Of a stretch of 64,000 nt of DNA, positions 10,230 through 21,948 are shown in pieces. This DNA is from Nitrospirota bacterium (lineage in GTDB: Bacteria; Nitrospirota; UBA9217). A model generated the notes under the pieces. The model did no database searches, was not told where the DNA came from, and was given only the letters and a program-made list of their open reading frames with translations. The stretch covers positions 107,420 to 171,419 of the forward strand of contig JAOUEV010000001.1 in NCBI GenBank assembly GCA_029858565.1, in the 5' to 3' direction. Every line of letters begins with the position of its first letter. Position 1 is the stretch's first letter. The position numbers were made by a program, and so were the translations under genes.

Positions 10230-10493
10230 ATGGTAAGTGCAACAACGGTTGCGAAGAACTTCGGCAAGGTCGTTGCGGACCTTTTGGAACACCGGAAGGA
10301 GAAGGCGGCCGTGGTCAGGAACAATGAGATCACAGCGGTCATTCTGCCTGTCGAGGATTACGAGTACATGGCGGATGTGGTCGAGTTCGTGGAGCATCTC
10401 GAGATCTACGATATGGTCACGAAGCGACGGAAAAGCGCCGGCAAGCGCGTTCCCTTGGACAAGCTGTTGAAGGAGGAAGGCGTTGCGCTATAA
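10230..10493 (+). CDS. type II antitoxin, Phd/YefM family
   Basis: about 87 aa; acidic C-terminus; GGGAAG SD before ATG 10230; overlaps the downstream toxin start. Confidence 0.6.
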   Translation: MVSATTVAKNFGKVVADLLEHRKEKAAVVRNNEITAVILPVEDYEYMADVVEFVEHLEIYDMVTKRRKSAGKRVPLDKLLKEEGVAL

Positions 10494-10791
10494 GGTCGTT
10501 CTTACCGCGGAAGCGGCGAACGATTTTCGCAGTCTTGACGGCTCGGTCAAGAAACAAGCCGCCCGACAGCTCAAAAAGCTCGAAGAATCACCTCACCTTG
10601 GCCAGCCGCTCGGAAATCGTGCAGGATTCGATCTGGCTGGTTACTATAAGCTGTACGCGGCAACTAAAGCCATCCGGATCATCTATCGTATTATTGAGGA
10701 TGAAGTCGTTGTGGAGATTCTAGGCATCGGCAAGCGGGCTGATTTCGAGGTCTATGCGGATGTGGCGAGAAGGTTGTTGAAGAAGAAGTAG
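10483..10791 (+). CDS. type II toxin, RelE/ParE superfamily (TTG start)
   Basis: 102 aa, basic, conserved RelE/ParE core (YKLYAATKAIRIIYRI, EILGIGKR); AGGAGG SD 7 nt before TTG 10483; 11-nt overlap with antitoxin. Confidence 0.7.
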   Translation: MRYKVVLTAEAANDFRSLDGSVKKQAARQLKKLEESPHLGQPLGNRAGFDLAGYYKLYAATKAIRIIYRIIEDEVVVEILGIGKRADFEVYADVARRLLKKK

Positions 10792-10907
10792 GTGAACCTG
10801 TTGTCAGGGATACCGGCTGTCCCGCACTAATCTGTTGAATTCTTCCCGTTTTTCTGCTATTTTCCCCAGTGCTGTTACTTTCTTAAATTTTCGCCAAGAG
10901 GTGTGTT

Positions 10908-13547
<2,640 letters not shown>

Positions 13548-13574
13548 TGCTGCTTAGATCTAAAAAGTAAAATG

Positions 13575-13650
13575 TATCTCGCGCGAAGCCGCAAAGGAAA
13601 GCAATGATCTGACGAACTTCTTTGCGGGCTTAGCGTCTTTGCGAGAGATA
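13575..13650. repeat. palindromic intergenic element copy A (TCTCGCGCGAAGCCGCAAAGG ... CTTTGCGGGCTTAGCGTCTTTGCGAGAGA)
   Basis: imperfect inverted repeat arms 20-30 nt with a 30-nt loop; related copies at 25240 and 46438. Confidence 0.6.
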
Positions 13651-13817
13651 TGATCTGGTCTGTTTATTTGAGAGTTGTGAACTTGAACGCATCCGGAGCC
13701 CTTTCCGGGTGCGTTTTTCATTTTTCTCCAACCGCTTGTGCTTTGCTGTTCTATGCTATAATCAAATCAAACAGCTATAGTTAACTTCACAGGAACTCAT
13801 CTCACAAGGAGGTTGCC

Positions 13818-14135
13818 ATGGTGGTTGCGGAGATCGTCAAGAGGGCTTTTCTGGCAGGGCTTGGTGCGCAGGAGAAGGCGAAGGAGTTCGTCGACGAGCT
13901 GGTAAAGGCCGGGGAGCTTTCAAAGAGCGACGCGGCTGCGATGGTCAAAGAATGGACCGAAAAAGCGCAGCAGAGCACCAAGGACGTGGATGTAAAGCTC
14001 AAGGACGCCGTGGCCGGCATCCTGGAAAAACTGCACATCCCGAATAAGGACGAGTTCGAACGGCTGGAAAAGAAGGTGCAGAGCCTTTCCGCGCGGGTCA
14101 GAAAGCTCGAAGGCGGGGGCGAGGCAGAGGACTGA
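13818..14135 (+). CDS. phasin-family (PHA granule-associated) protein
   Basis: 105 aa, all-helical, Lys/Glu/Ala-rich; similarity to PhaF/phasin N-terminal region; strong AAGGAGG SD; upstream TTGTGC-N15-TATAAT promoter candidate at about 13736..13762. Confidence 0.55.
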   Translation: MVVAEIVKRAFLAGLGAQEKAKEFVDELVKAGELSKSDAAAMVKEWTEKAQQSTKDVDVKLKDAVAGILEKLHIPNKDEFERLEKKVQSLSARVRKLEGGGEAED

Positions 14136-14153
14136 TCGTCCGGGTAGAGCGCT

Positions 14154-15860
14154 ATGTCCTTCCTGGGGTTCTGGAGAAGACATTACCGGGACATTCCCCG
14201 GGTGCGGCATATCCTGATGGTGGCGTCCCGGAACGGGTTCGGCCATCTTGTGGAACAAACAGGTCTGCAGCGGTTCGTGTCCGTGGGCATGAGGTTTCTG
14301 GCGTTCCGGAAACCTCCGCCCATGGTCCATCCGCTCGGAGCGCCCGAACGGCTCCGGATCATGTTCGAGGACCTGGGGCCGACATTTATCAAACTGGGCC
14401 AGGTGCTTGCCTGCCGGCCCGATCTCCTTCCCCTTGAGTATGCGCGGGAACTGGCAAAACTTACCGATTCCGTCGCTCCCTTTCCCTTCCCCGAAGCGCG
14501 AGAGATCATTGAGTCGGACCTGAACGCGGGTCTTGATGAACTGTTCAGCCGATTCGACGTTGTGCCGGTAGCTGCGGCATCGATCGCCCAGGTCCACAGC
14601 GCTGCCCTGCCCGACGGCCGCGAGGTCATGGTCAAGGTCCAACGGCCGAACATCGACCGCATCATTGAGCGCGACACCAGCATCCTGAGCGGGATCGCCG
14701 CCCTCCTGGACACCCACGTGCGCGAGCTTCAGCCCTACAACCTGCCGGGGATCGTGGATGAGTTCGCCCGGACCATCGGCCGGGAGCTCGATTTCTACAT
14801 CGAAGGATCGAACGCCCAGCGGCTGCGCAGGAACTTCGAGGCCGGCGACGTGCTGGTCATACCCGAGATCTACCCGGATCTATCGAGCAGGCGGGTGCTG
14901 GTCATGGAGCGGATCGAAGGGATCCGGATCGACGACGTGGACGGGATCGTCCGGCGCGGCCATGACCGCAAGGAGATAACGAAAAAAGGGGCCGGCGCCT
15001 TTTTCAAGATGGTGTTCCAGGACGGACTGTTCCACGCCGACCCCCATCCGGGCAACATCTTTGTGCTCGCCGACGGACGGATCGGCCTGGTCGACTTCGG
15101 CATCATGGGCCGGGTGACCGAAGAGAACATGGAGCATTTCGCCAACGTCCTGCTTGCGCTCGCGGATCACGATTATGATTCGCTGGCACGTCAGTATGTG
15201 AACCTCGGCTTCGTGTCCGAGGAGACCGTGGACATCGAGAAGTTCCAGCGCGGTCTGCGCGACGACCTGGAGGAGCTGCTGGAGCCTTATTACACCATGA
15301 AGGTCGGGCAAATAGACTTCGGCGTATACGTTGACCGGGTCTCGCGGATCCTGTCGCGGCATAAGCTCCGGCTTCCTCAGAACCTCTACCTCATGGACAA
15401 GGCGCTGATCACGCTTGAAGGACTTCTGAAGCAGCTCGACCCGGAATTCAACTATTTCGAAGCTGCCCAGCCCTACGTGGAGGACCTGATCCGCAAGAGG
15501 CACCAGCCCGCACGGATGCTTCGGCGGGCGCGCAAGAGTTTGGCCGCGATGAACGACGCGGTGATCGATCTGCCGCGCCAGGCGCGATCAGCTCTTGGTA
15601 AGCTGCTTCGCGGCGACGTGGGGGTGAAGCTCCACCATGAGGGCCTGCACCATCTTATCCGCGACCTGGACAAGGCGAGCAACCGGCTGTCATTCAGCAT
15701 CATCACCGCTGCCATTATCGTGGCATCGTCCATTATCATCCACTCGGGGCTCGGCCAAAAGATCTTCGATCTGCCCGTGCTGGGGCTTGCCGGCTATGTC
15801 ATCGCCGGTCTCTTCGGCATCTGGATCTTGATCGGCATCCTGCGGTCGGGACAACTATAA
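14154..15860 (+). CDS. ubiB: ABC1/UbiB family atypical kinase with C-terminal TM helices
   Basis: ABC1 domain motifs (AAASIAQVH, HADPHPGN, DFG); two C-terminal TM segments. Confidence 0.85.
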   Translation: MSFLGFWRRHYRDIPRVRHILMVASRNGFGHLVEQTGLQRFVSVGMRFLAFRKPPPMVHPLGAPERLRIMFEDLGPTFIKLGQVLACRPDLLPLEYARELAKLTDSVAPFPFPEAREIIESDLNAGLDELFSRFDVVPVAAASIAQVHSAALPDGREVMVKVQRPNIDRIIERDTSILSGIAALLDTHVRELQPYNLPGIVDEFARTIGRELDFYIEGSNAQRLRRNFEAGDVLVIPEIYPDLSSRRVLVMERIEGIRIDDVDGIVRRGHDRKEITKKGAGAFFKMVFQDGLFHADPHPGNIFVLADGRIGLVDFGIMGRVTEENMEHFANVLLALADHDYDSLARQYVNLGFVSEETVDIEKFQRGLRDDLEELLEPYYTMKVGQIDFGVYVDRVSRILSRHKLRLPQNLYLMDKALITLEGLLKQLDPEFNYFEAAQPYVEDLIRKRHQPARMLRRARKSLAAMNDAVIDLPRQARSALGKLLRGDVGVKLHHEGLHHLIRDLDKASNRLSFSIITAAIIVASSIIIHSGLGQKIFDLPVLGLAGYVIAGLFGIWILIGILRSGQL

Positions 15861-15973
15861 GAGCAGCAGTAAGGGGTAAGGAGCAAGGAACAGCAAAGCC
15901 GGTGCCGGTGGCTGGGAACAGCCGATATACCAGAGAACGTGGGATCACCTTTCGAATTATTCTCTCCATCTTA

Positions 15974-16002
15974 TTGACGAACCCGACATAGCGGTATATC
16001 AT
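15974..16002 (+). promoter_or_regulatory. sigma70-like promoter TTGACG-N17-TATCAT upstream of mltG
   Basis: hexamers with 17-nt spacer ending 14 nt before ATG 16016. Confidence 0.4.
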
Positions 16003-16015
16003 ATTCGAACCTATC

Positions 16016-17116
<1,101 letters not shown>

Positions 17117-17244
17117 TAAGTGATAAGCAGTAAGCGCTAGAGCAGAAAAAGGGCTAGAGGGCTAAGAAGCAGGATCGAGGATTACAGGATCAGAGGATTA
17201 AAAGGGTAGATGGTAGCCGCGGGCTTTAGCCTGCGTTAGTCATG

Positions 17245-17649
17245 TTACTCGATCATGATCGTATATCCCGCGAACTCCGGTAACGCAGCAAGCATTTCCT
17301 TCATTCCGTCCGTCTTGAACTTTCCGTAGGCCATCGAAGTGTCGGAGAACTTGATGGCCTTTTTGTTCCCGTCGCGCTCGAACTTCCCGCCGCCGAGGAT
17401 ATGCCAGGCTTTGTCGTGAATGAAAAACTTTTCCTTCCTGCTGTCGTAGCTTCCTTCGATGCCCTTGTCCATGCAGAACCGTTCCACGATGTTGGCGTGG
17501 TATTTGGTCAGCTCCTTGGGGGAGAGGATGAGATATATCTCGTTGCTGTTCCATATCTGGACGAACTTGCCCACGGTTGCCGAAGGGATGTCGGTTTTCA
17601 TGATGGAACTGTAGTAAACGGGTGTGTAGTCGATGAATACCATGTACAT
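17245..17649 (-). CDS. hypothetical protein, low-GC (about 50%) relative to flanks
   Basis: intact 134-codon ORF 4 nt downstream of dcd; no family recognised; true start may be Met17601. Confidence 0.35.
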   Translation of the reverse strand: MYMVFIDYTPVYYSSIMKTDIPSATVGKFVQIWNSNEIYLILSPKELTKYHANIVERFCMDKGIEGSYDSRKEKFFIHDKAWHILGGGKFERDGNKKAIKFSDTSMAYGKFKTDGMKEMLAALPEFAGYTIMIE

Positions 17650-17653
17650 GTTC

Positions 17654-18172
17654 TCAGGGCTTTACCTGCTCGATGAATCTTCCCTGATATCGTGCGTGTC
17701 CGTCGCACTTTTCGAACACGAACTGGCAGATCCGCGTGCCGGGATAGAGCGCCAGCGGTCCATGGCCCAGGTTCACGATCTCAAGCACCTGGTGATTCGA
17801 GATGCCCGGGTGCATGAATCCGGCGGTGACGTGCACGGCAAGGCCGAAGCGGGCGAACCTGCTTCTGCCTTCGAGCCTGCCCGAGATATTGTCCGCAAGG
17901 GTGATCTTTTCCCGGGTGATCCCCAGTATCATCTCTCCCGGTTTGATCACCATGTAGCTGCCGTCAGGCACATGCACGGTCCTGGTGATATCCTCGAACC
18001 GGGAATCGTTCTTGATGTGGTAGACCTTGAACTTCTTTTTGAACATCCTGAAATCGTTCCCAAGCGTAAGGTCAACGGACCCCGGACCGACCTGTGACCG
18101 GTCGAGCGGTTCGATCCTGATCGAACCATCAGCCAGTGCTTTCCCTATTTCTTCTCCGACCAGAATGCTCAT
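17654..18172 (-). CDS. dcd: dCTP deaminase
   Basis: 172 aa, dUTPase-like fold motifs (GPGSVDLTLG, PGISNHQVLEIVN, conserved E); typical Dcd length. Confidence 0.9.
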   Translation of the reverse strand: MSILVGEEIGKALADGSIRIEPLDRSQVGPGSVDLTLGNDFRMFKKKFKVYHIKNDSRFEDITRTVHVPDGSYMVIKPGEMILGITREKITLADNISGRLEGRSRFARFGLAVHVTAGFMHPGISNHQVLEIVNLGHGPLALYPGTRICQFVFEKCDGHARYQGRFIEQVKP

Positions 18173-18175
18173 AGT

Positions 18176-19030
18176 TCACTCCCTCTGCCTCGGATCAAGC
18201 GCATCCCTTATGCCTTCGCCGAGCAGATTATACCCCAGCACGGTAATGAGGATGGCGAGGCCGGGAAAGGCTGAGAGCCACCAGGCGATCTCGATGTTGT
18301 CCTTGCCTGACGAGAGCAGGCTGCCCCAGCTCGGTGTGGGCGGCTGGACGCCGAGGCCAAGGAAGCTCAGGCCTGATTCCACGAGGATCGCGCCGCCGAT
18401 GCCCATGGTAGCGGAAACAAGGATGGGGGAGAGGCCGTTCGGCAGGATGTGCTTGAAGATGATCCTGAAATCCGTTGCTCCGAGCGCCCTGGCCGCGGTG
18501 ACGTATTCCCGCTCCTTGATGGCGATGAACTCCGCCCGAACGAGGCGGGCGGGCTCCATCCAGCTGGTGAGACCGATCACGATCATGATGTTCATGATAT
18601 TCGGCTCCAGGATGGCGATGACCGCGAGTACCAGGAAGATGGTGGGGATGCTCAGCATGATATCCACGAAGCGCATGAATGCGCTGTCGATGTATCCTCC
18701 GTAGAATCCCGCGATGGCGCCGACCAGGATGCCGATGAGGGTGGCGATGCCGATGGCCACGAAGCCCACTTCGAGCGAGATGCGCGCGCCGTAGATCATG
18801 CGTGCCAGAACGTCGCGGCCCAGCTCGTCAGTGCCAAAGGGATGCTCCACGGTCGGCCCCACGAGGATATGCTTTACGTCGATCTTCGACGGATCGTGCG
18901 GGCTGATCCACGGCGCAAGGACAGCGACCACGAACACGGCAAGCACCAGCAAACCGCCGATGACGGACAGCCAGTTCCTGCGGAAGGTCCGGAAAGTTTC
19001 GGTTGTTGTAAGGGTTATGTTGTTTGGCAT
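18176..19030 (-). CDS. ABC transporter permease, peptide/nickel family (DppC/OppC-like)
   Basis: 6 TM helices, EAA-like motif region (ARALGA...FKHILPN). Confidence 0.85.
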   Translation of the reverse strand: MPNNITLTTTETFRTFRRNWLSVIGGLLVLAVFVVAVLAPWISPHDPSKIDVKHILVGPTVEHPFGTDELGRDVLARMIYGARISLEVGFVAIGIATLIGILVGAIAGFYGGYIDSAFMRFVDIMLSIPTIFLVLAVIAILEPNIMNIMIVIGLTSWMEPARLVRAEFIAIKEREYVTAARALGATDFRIIFKHILPNGLSPILVSATMGIGGAILVESGLSFLGLGVQPPTPSWGSLLSSGKDNIEIAWWLSAFPGLAILITVLGYNLLGEGIRDALDPRQRE

Positions 19031-19031
19031 G

Positions 19032-20003
19032 TCACTTCAGTCTCACTCTCGGGTCCGTGAGCGCGTACCCGATGTCCGCGAGGAAATTCCCGAGCATGGT
19101 GAGGCCCGCGGCAGGGACGAGCACACCCATGGCAACGTTGTAATCCCGCGAGAAGACGGCCTGGTACATGAGCTGACCCATGCCGGGGATGCCGAAGACC
19201 TGCTCCATGATCACGCTGCCGCCGATGATGCCGGGCAGGGAGAGGCCGAGGATCGTGATCACGGGCATGAGCGCGTTCCGGAGCGCATGCTTGTACACGA
19301 CCACGTTCTCGGAAAGTCCCTTGGCCCGGGCGGTCCTGATGTAGTCCTGGCGCAGGACCTCCAGCATGTTGTTCCGCATGTATCTTGAGAAACCCGCCAG
19401 ACCGCCGACAGCAGAGACAAATACCGGCAGGACCAGATGGTTCGCCTTGTCCATGAGCCTGTCCCAGCCTGACAGGCCGGTCAGGTCAAGGCTCTGGAGC
19501 CCGGAGATGGGCAGCAGGCCCCACTGGACACCGAAGAAATAGATCAGGAGCAGGGCGAGCCAGAAATGGGGCATGGAATAACCCACGAACACGAAGATCG
19601 TGGTGAAACGGTCGAGGCTGGAATACTGGTGCGTTGCCGAGAGGATGCCTATGGGAATGGCGAGCAGCAGCACCACTGCGAGCGACAGAAGATTGATCGT
19701 GAGGGTGATGGGCAGGCGTTCGAGGATCTTGTCCTTCACCTTGCGGCCGTCGGCAAAGGCCTCGCCGAAATCCAGGGTAACGAACTTGCGGAGCCAGGTG
19801 ATGTACTGCTTGTGCACCGGCTGGTCAGCGCCATAGAGCTTCCGGAGCCGCTCCCGCGCCTCGGCAGAGGCCTTGGCCGAGAACTCCATCTGCGCTTCCG
19901 CAGGGCCGCCGGGCGCCATGTGCATGATCGTGAAAGAAAGGACCGTTATCCCGAGCAGGATGGGGACCATGAGCAAAAGGCGCTTTAGACTATAGAAGAG
20001 CAT
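19032..20003 (-). CDS. ABC transporter permease, peptide/nickel family (DppB/OppB-like)
   Basis: N-terminal MLFYSLKRLLLMVPILLGITVLSF typical of DppB; EAA motif (ARAKGLSE). Confidence 0.85.
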   Translation of the reverse strand: MLFYSLKRLLLMVPILLGITVLSFTIMHMAPGGPAEAQMEFSAKASAEARERLRKLYGADQPVHKQYITWLRKFVTLDFGEAFADGRKVKDKILERLPITLTINLLSLAVVLLLAIPIGILSATHQYSSLDRFTTIFVFVGYSMPHFWLALLLIYFFGVQWGLLPISGLQSLDLTGLSGWDRLMDKANHLVLPVFVSAVGGLAGFSRYMRNNMLEVLRQDYIRTARAKGLSENVVVYKHALRNALMPVITILGLSLPGIIGGSVIMEQVFGIPGMGQLMYQAVFSRDYNVAMGVLVPAAGLTMLGNFLADIGYALTDPRVRLK

Positions 20004-20008
20004 GGGGG

Positions 20009-20299
20009 CTAGTCTTTGACCTTGTAGACAAGGTCAAAGGGATTGGCAGGCTGGGAAAGCTTGATACCCGTGAACTGGCCGCGCATGGCTTTTTCGACCG
20101 GCTTGTGGTCGAACTCCATGGCGTCCACCTTCTGGGTGAAATCCGTGCCATTACCCTTGATGTGGATGGTCTCTCCTACGGCAAGGTCGCCGAAATCGAG
20201 TTTCACCGCGGCAATGGAATTCTTCTCAAAATACCTGATGACCGATCCGATCCGCTCTTCCATGGGGTCAATGATAGTATAAAATCCCCGTTCTTTCAA
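20009..20299 (-). CDS. small beta-barrel protein resembling EF-Tu domain 2 (hypothetical)
   Basis: 96 aa; GDLAVGETIHIKGNGTDFTQKVDAMEFDHKPVEKAMRGQFTGIKL resembles translation-factor domain II; first gene of the permease operon. Confidence 0.35.
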   Translation of the reverse strand: MKERGFYTIIDPMEERIGSVIRYFEKNSIAAVKLDFGDLAVGETIHIKGNGTDFTQKVDAMEFDHKPVEKAMRGQFTGIKLSQPANPFDLVYKVKD

Positions 20300-20444
20300 G
20301 AAAAAACCATGATGCCCCCGTCCGGGGGAGACGGCGAGAACGGCCGATAACCTTCAATCATTTTAACCTCATAGCGCTTGACAAGGCAGGGGGCGGCGAG
20401 TATTATATGGTCTGCCGTGAAGGGGCCAGGGAAGGTCAAATGCG

Positions 20445-20521
<77 letters not shown>

Positions 20522-20588
20522 GTTTAATTGCGGATTGCGGATTGTAGATTGCGGATTGCACGTTAATCCACAATCCCAAATTTAGAAT
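20522..20588. repeat. heptamer-repeat hairpin spacer (TTGCGGA units then ATCCACAATCCCAAAT)
   Basis: aattgcggattgcggattgtagattgcggattgca ... ttaatccacaatcccaaa. Confidence 0.7.
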
Positions 20589-20665
20589 GCGCCTGTAGCT
20601 CAGCTGGATAGAGCAACAGCCTTCTAAGCTGTGGGTCAGGGGTTCGAGTCCCTTCAGGCGCGCCA
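20589..20665 (+). tRNA. tRNA-Arg (anticodon TCT)
   Basis: acceptor GCGCCTG/CAGGCGC, anticodon stem ACAGC/GCTGT with loop CTTCTAA, T-arm GGTTCGAGT, encoded CCA. Confidence 0.9.
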
Positions 20666-20817
20666 ATTCAAATGCGGAACGGGGAATGCGGAATTTGGAA
20701 TGAAATACCGCAGATCCCTGACCCGAGGGGTCAAAGGGGAGAGGCTCCCCTGAGATGAATATCGGGGGAGATTCCAGAGGGGGCTGGCCCCCGCTGGGGA
20801 GCCCTTTAGGGGCGACT

Positions 20818-20849
20818 GGTCAGGGGTTCGAGTCCCTTCAGGCGCGCCA
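20818..20849 (+). pseudogene. orphan 32-nt duplicate of the 3' end of tRNA-Arg(TCT) (T-arm + acceptor 3' strand + CCA)
   Basis: ggtcaggggttcgagtcccttcaggcgcgcca is identical to 20634..20665; no matching 5' half upstream. Confidence 0.8.
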
Positions 20850-20855
20850 TATAAC

Positions 20856-20975
20856 AATTGCGGATTTGTAAAACCGCAGCACCAATAACTGAAAAGTGTA
20901 TTCCTGATTGCAGGGTGTGATAGTCGGGCCGGAACGAAATGATTACAATCCGCAATCCGAAATCCGCAATCGGGA
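20856..20975. repeat. heptamer-repeat hairpin spacer between the tRNA-Arg fragment and tRNA-His
   Basis: caattgcggatttgtaaaaccgcagc and caatccgcaatccgaaatccgcaatcggg arms. Confidence 0.65.
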
Positions 20976-20986
20976 AATAGAAACAT

Positions 20987-21063
20987 GGTGGGCGTAGCTC
21001 AGTTGGTAGAGCACCAGGTTGTGGCCCTGGTGGTCGCGGGTTCAAGCCCCGTCGCTCACCCCA
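20987..21063 (+). tRNA. tRNA-His (anticodon GTG) with encoded G-1
   Basis: extra 5' G opposite discriminator C; anticodon stem CCAGG/CCTGG with loop TTGTGGC; encoded CCA. Confidence 0.9.
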
Positions 21064-21070
21064 ATCAATT

Positions 21071-21148
21071 GCAGTGCGGAGTGCAGAGTGCGAAGTGCGG
21101 AGTGAAGCATCGTCATTCATTCCGAATTCCGCATTCCGGACTCCGCAT
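21071..21148. repeat. heptamer-repeat hairpin spacer (GTGCGGA/GTGCGAA units vs TCCGCAT units)
   Basis: gcagtgcggagtgcagagtgcgaagtgcggagtg ... cattccgaattccgcattccggactccgcat. Confidence 0.7.
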
Positions 21149-21154
21149 TTTATT

Positions 21155-21231
21155 GCGCCCGTAGCTCAGCTGGATAGAGCGTTGGCCTCCGAAGCCAAAG
21201 GTCCCGCGTTCGAATCGCGGCGGGCGCACCA
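21155..21231 (+). tRNA. tRNA-Arg (anticodon CCG)
   Basis: acceptor GCGCCCG/CGGGCGC, anticodon stem TTGGC/GCCAA with loop CTCCGAA, encoded CCA. Confidence 0.9.
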
Positions 21232-21234
21232 TCT

Positions 21235-21323
21235 AATTGCGGATTTTCGATTGCGGATTGCGGATTGCAATACATAAAGCGGATTTTTGTAAATCCGCAA
21301 TCCGAAATCTACAATCCGAAATC
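21235..21323. repeat. heptamer-repeat hairpin spacer with central AAGCGGATTTTTGTAAATCCGC hairpin
   Basis: attgcggattttcgattgcggattgcggattgcaa ... aatccgcaatccgaaatctacaatccgaaatc. Confidence 0.7.
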
Positions 21324-21328
21324 GTCAT

Positions 21329-21405
<77 letters not shown>

Positions 21406-21572
21406 TAAGTAAATTTTGATTTCGGAATGCGAAATGCGGAATGAAAAGCGTTGTTTCGCTCCGGCGAGCGAGGAAAAAATTCCTCTGATAACCCCATTTT
21501 CCTGTTGCATCCGGTACTAAAGATGCGTATAATACGCTCCTTGTCGCAAGGTATTGTATTCCGTTTTTTAAC

Positions 21573-21648
<76 letters not shown>

Positions 21649-21765
21649 TATAAAACACCGAGAGCAGTGGGCGACTGAACGCACACTGCTCTCATTGTTA
21701 TTGCGGCATTCAAAGGGCAGGTCGTCTGGAGAACCTATCCCGGGGCCATGCGTTCCTATAACGTC

Positions 21766-21848
21766 GCGAGAGTGGCGGAACTGGCAGACGCGCTGGTCTT
21801 AGAAGCCAGTGGGCAACCGTGGGGGTTCAAGTCCCCCCTCTCGCACCA
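21766..21848 (+). tRNA. tRNA-Leu (anticodon TAG), long variable arm
   Basis: acceptor GCGAGAG/CTCTCGC, anticodon stem CTGGT/GCCAG with loop CTTAGAA, 13-nt variable arm, encoded CCA. Confidence 0.85.
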
Positions 21849-21857
21849 TACATCAAA

Positions 21858-21887
21858 TGCGGATTGCGGATTGCGGAATGCGGAATG
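21858..21887. repeat. heptamer repeat (TGCGGAT x2, TGCGGAA x2) between tRNA-Leu and tig
   Basis: tgcggattgcggattgcggaatgcggaatg. Confidence 0.7.
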
Positions 21888-21948
21888 AAATAATCCCATC
21901 CCACCACGTTCAATCTCTGCTTTATCAATAGCGAACAGGAGCAAGGAC

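Noticed and set aside
13691-13720. Terminator hairpin CCGGA-N7-TCCGG plus T-tracts upstream of the phasin gene
   Set aside because: Only a 5-bp stem; more likely part of the promoter region; not called.
20666-20817. Integrated genomic island between tRNA-Arg and its 3' duplicate
   Set aside because: Only about 150 nt separate the repeats and no ORF or integrase fragment is visible; reported only as a scar.
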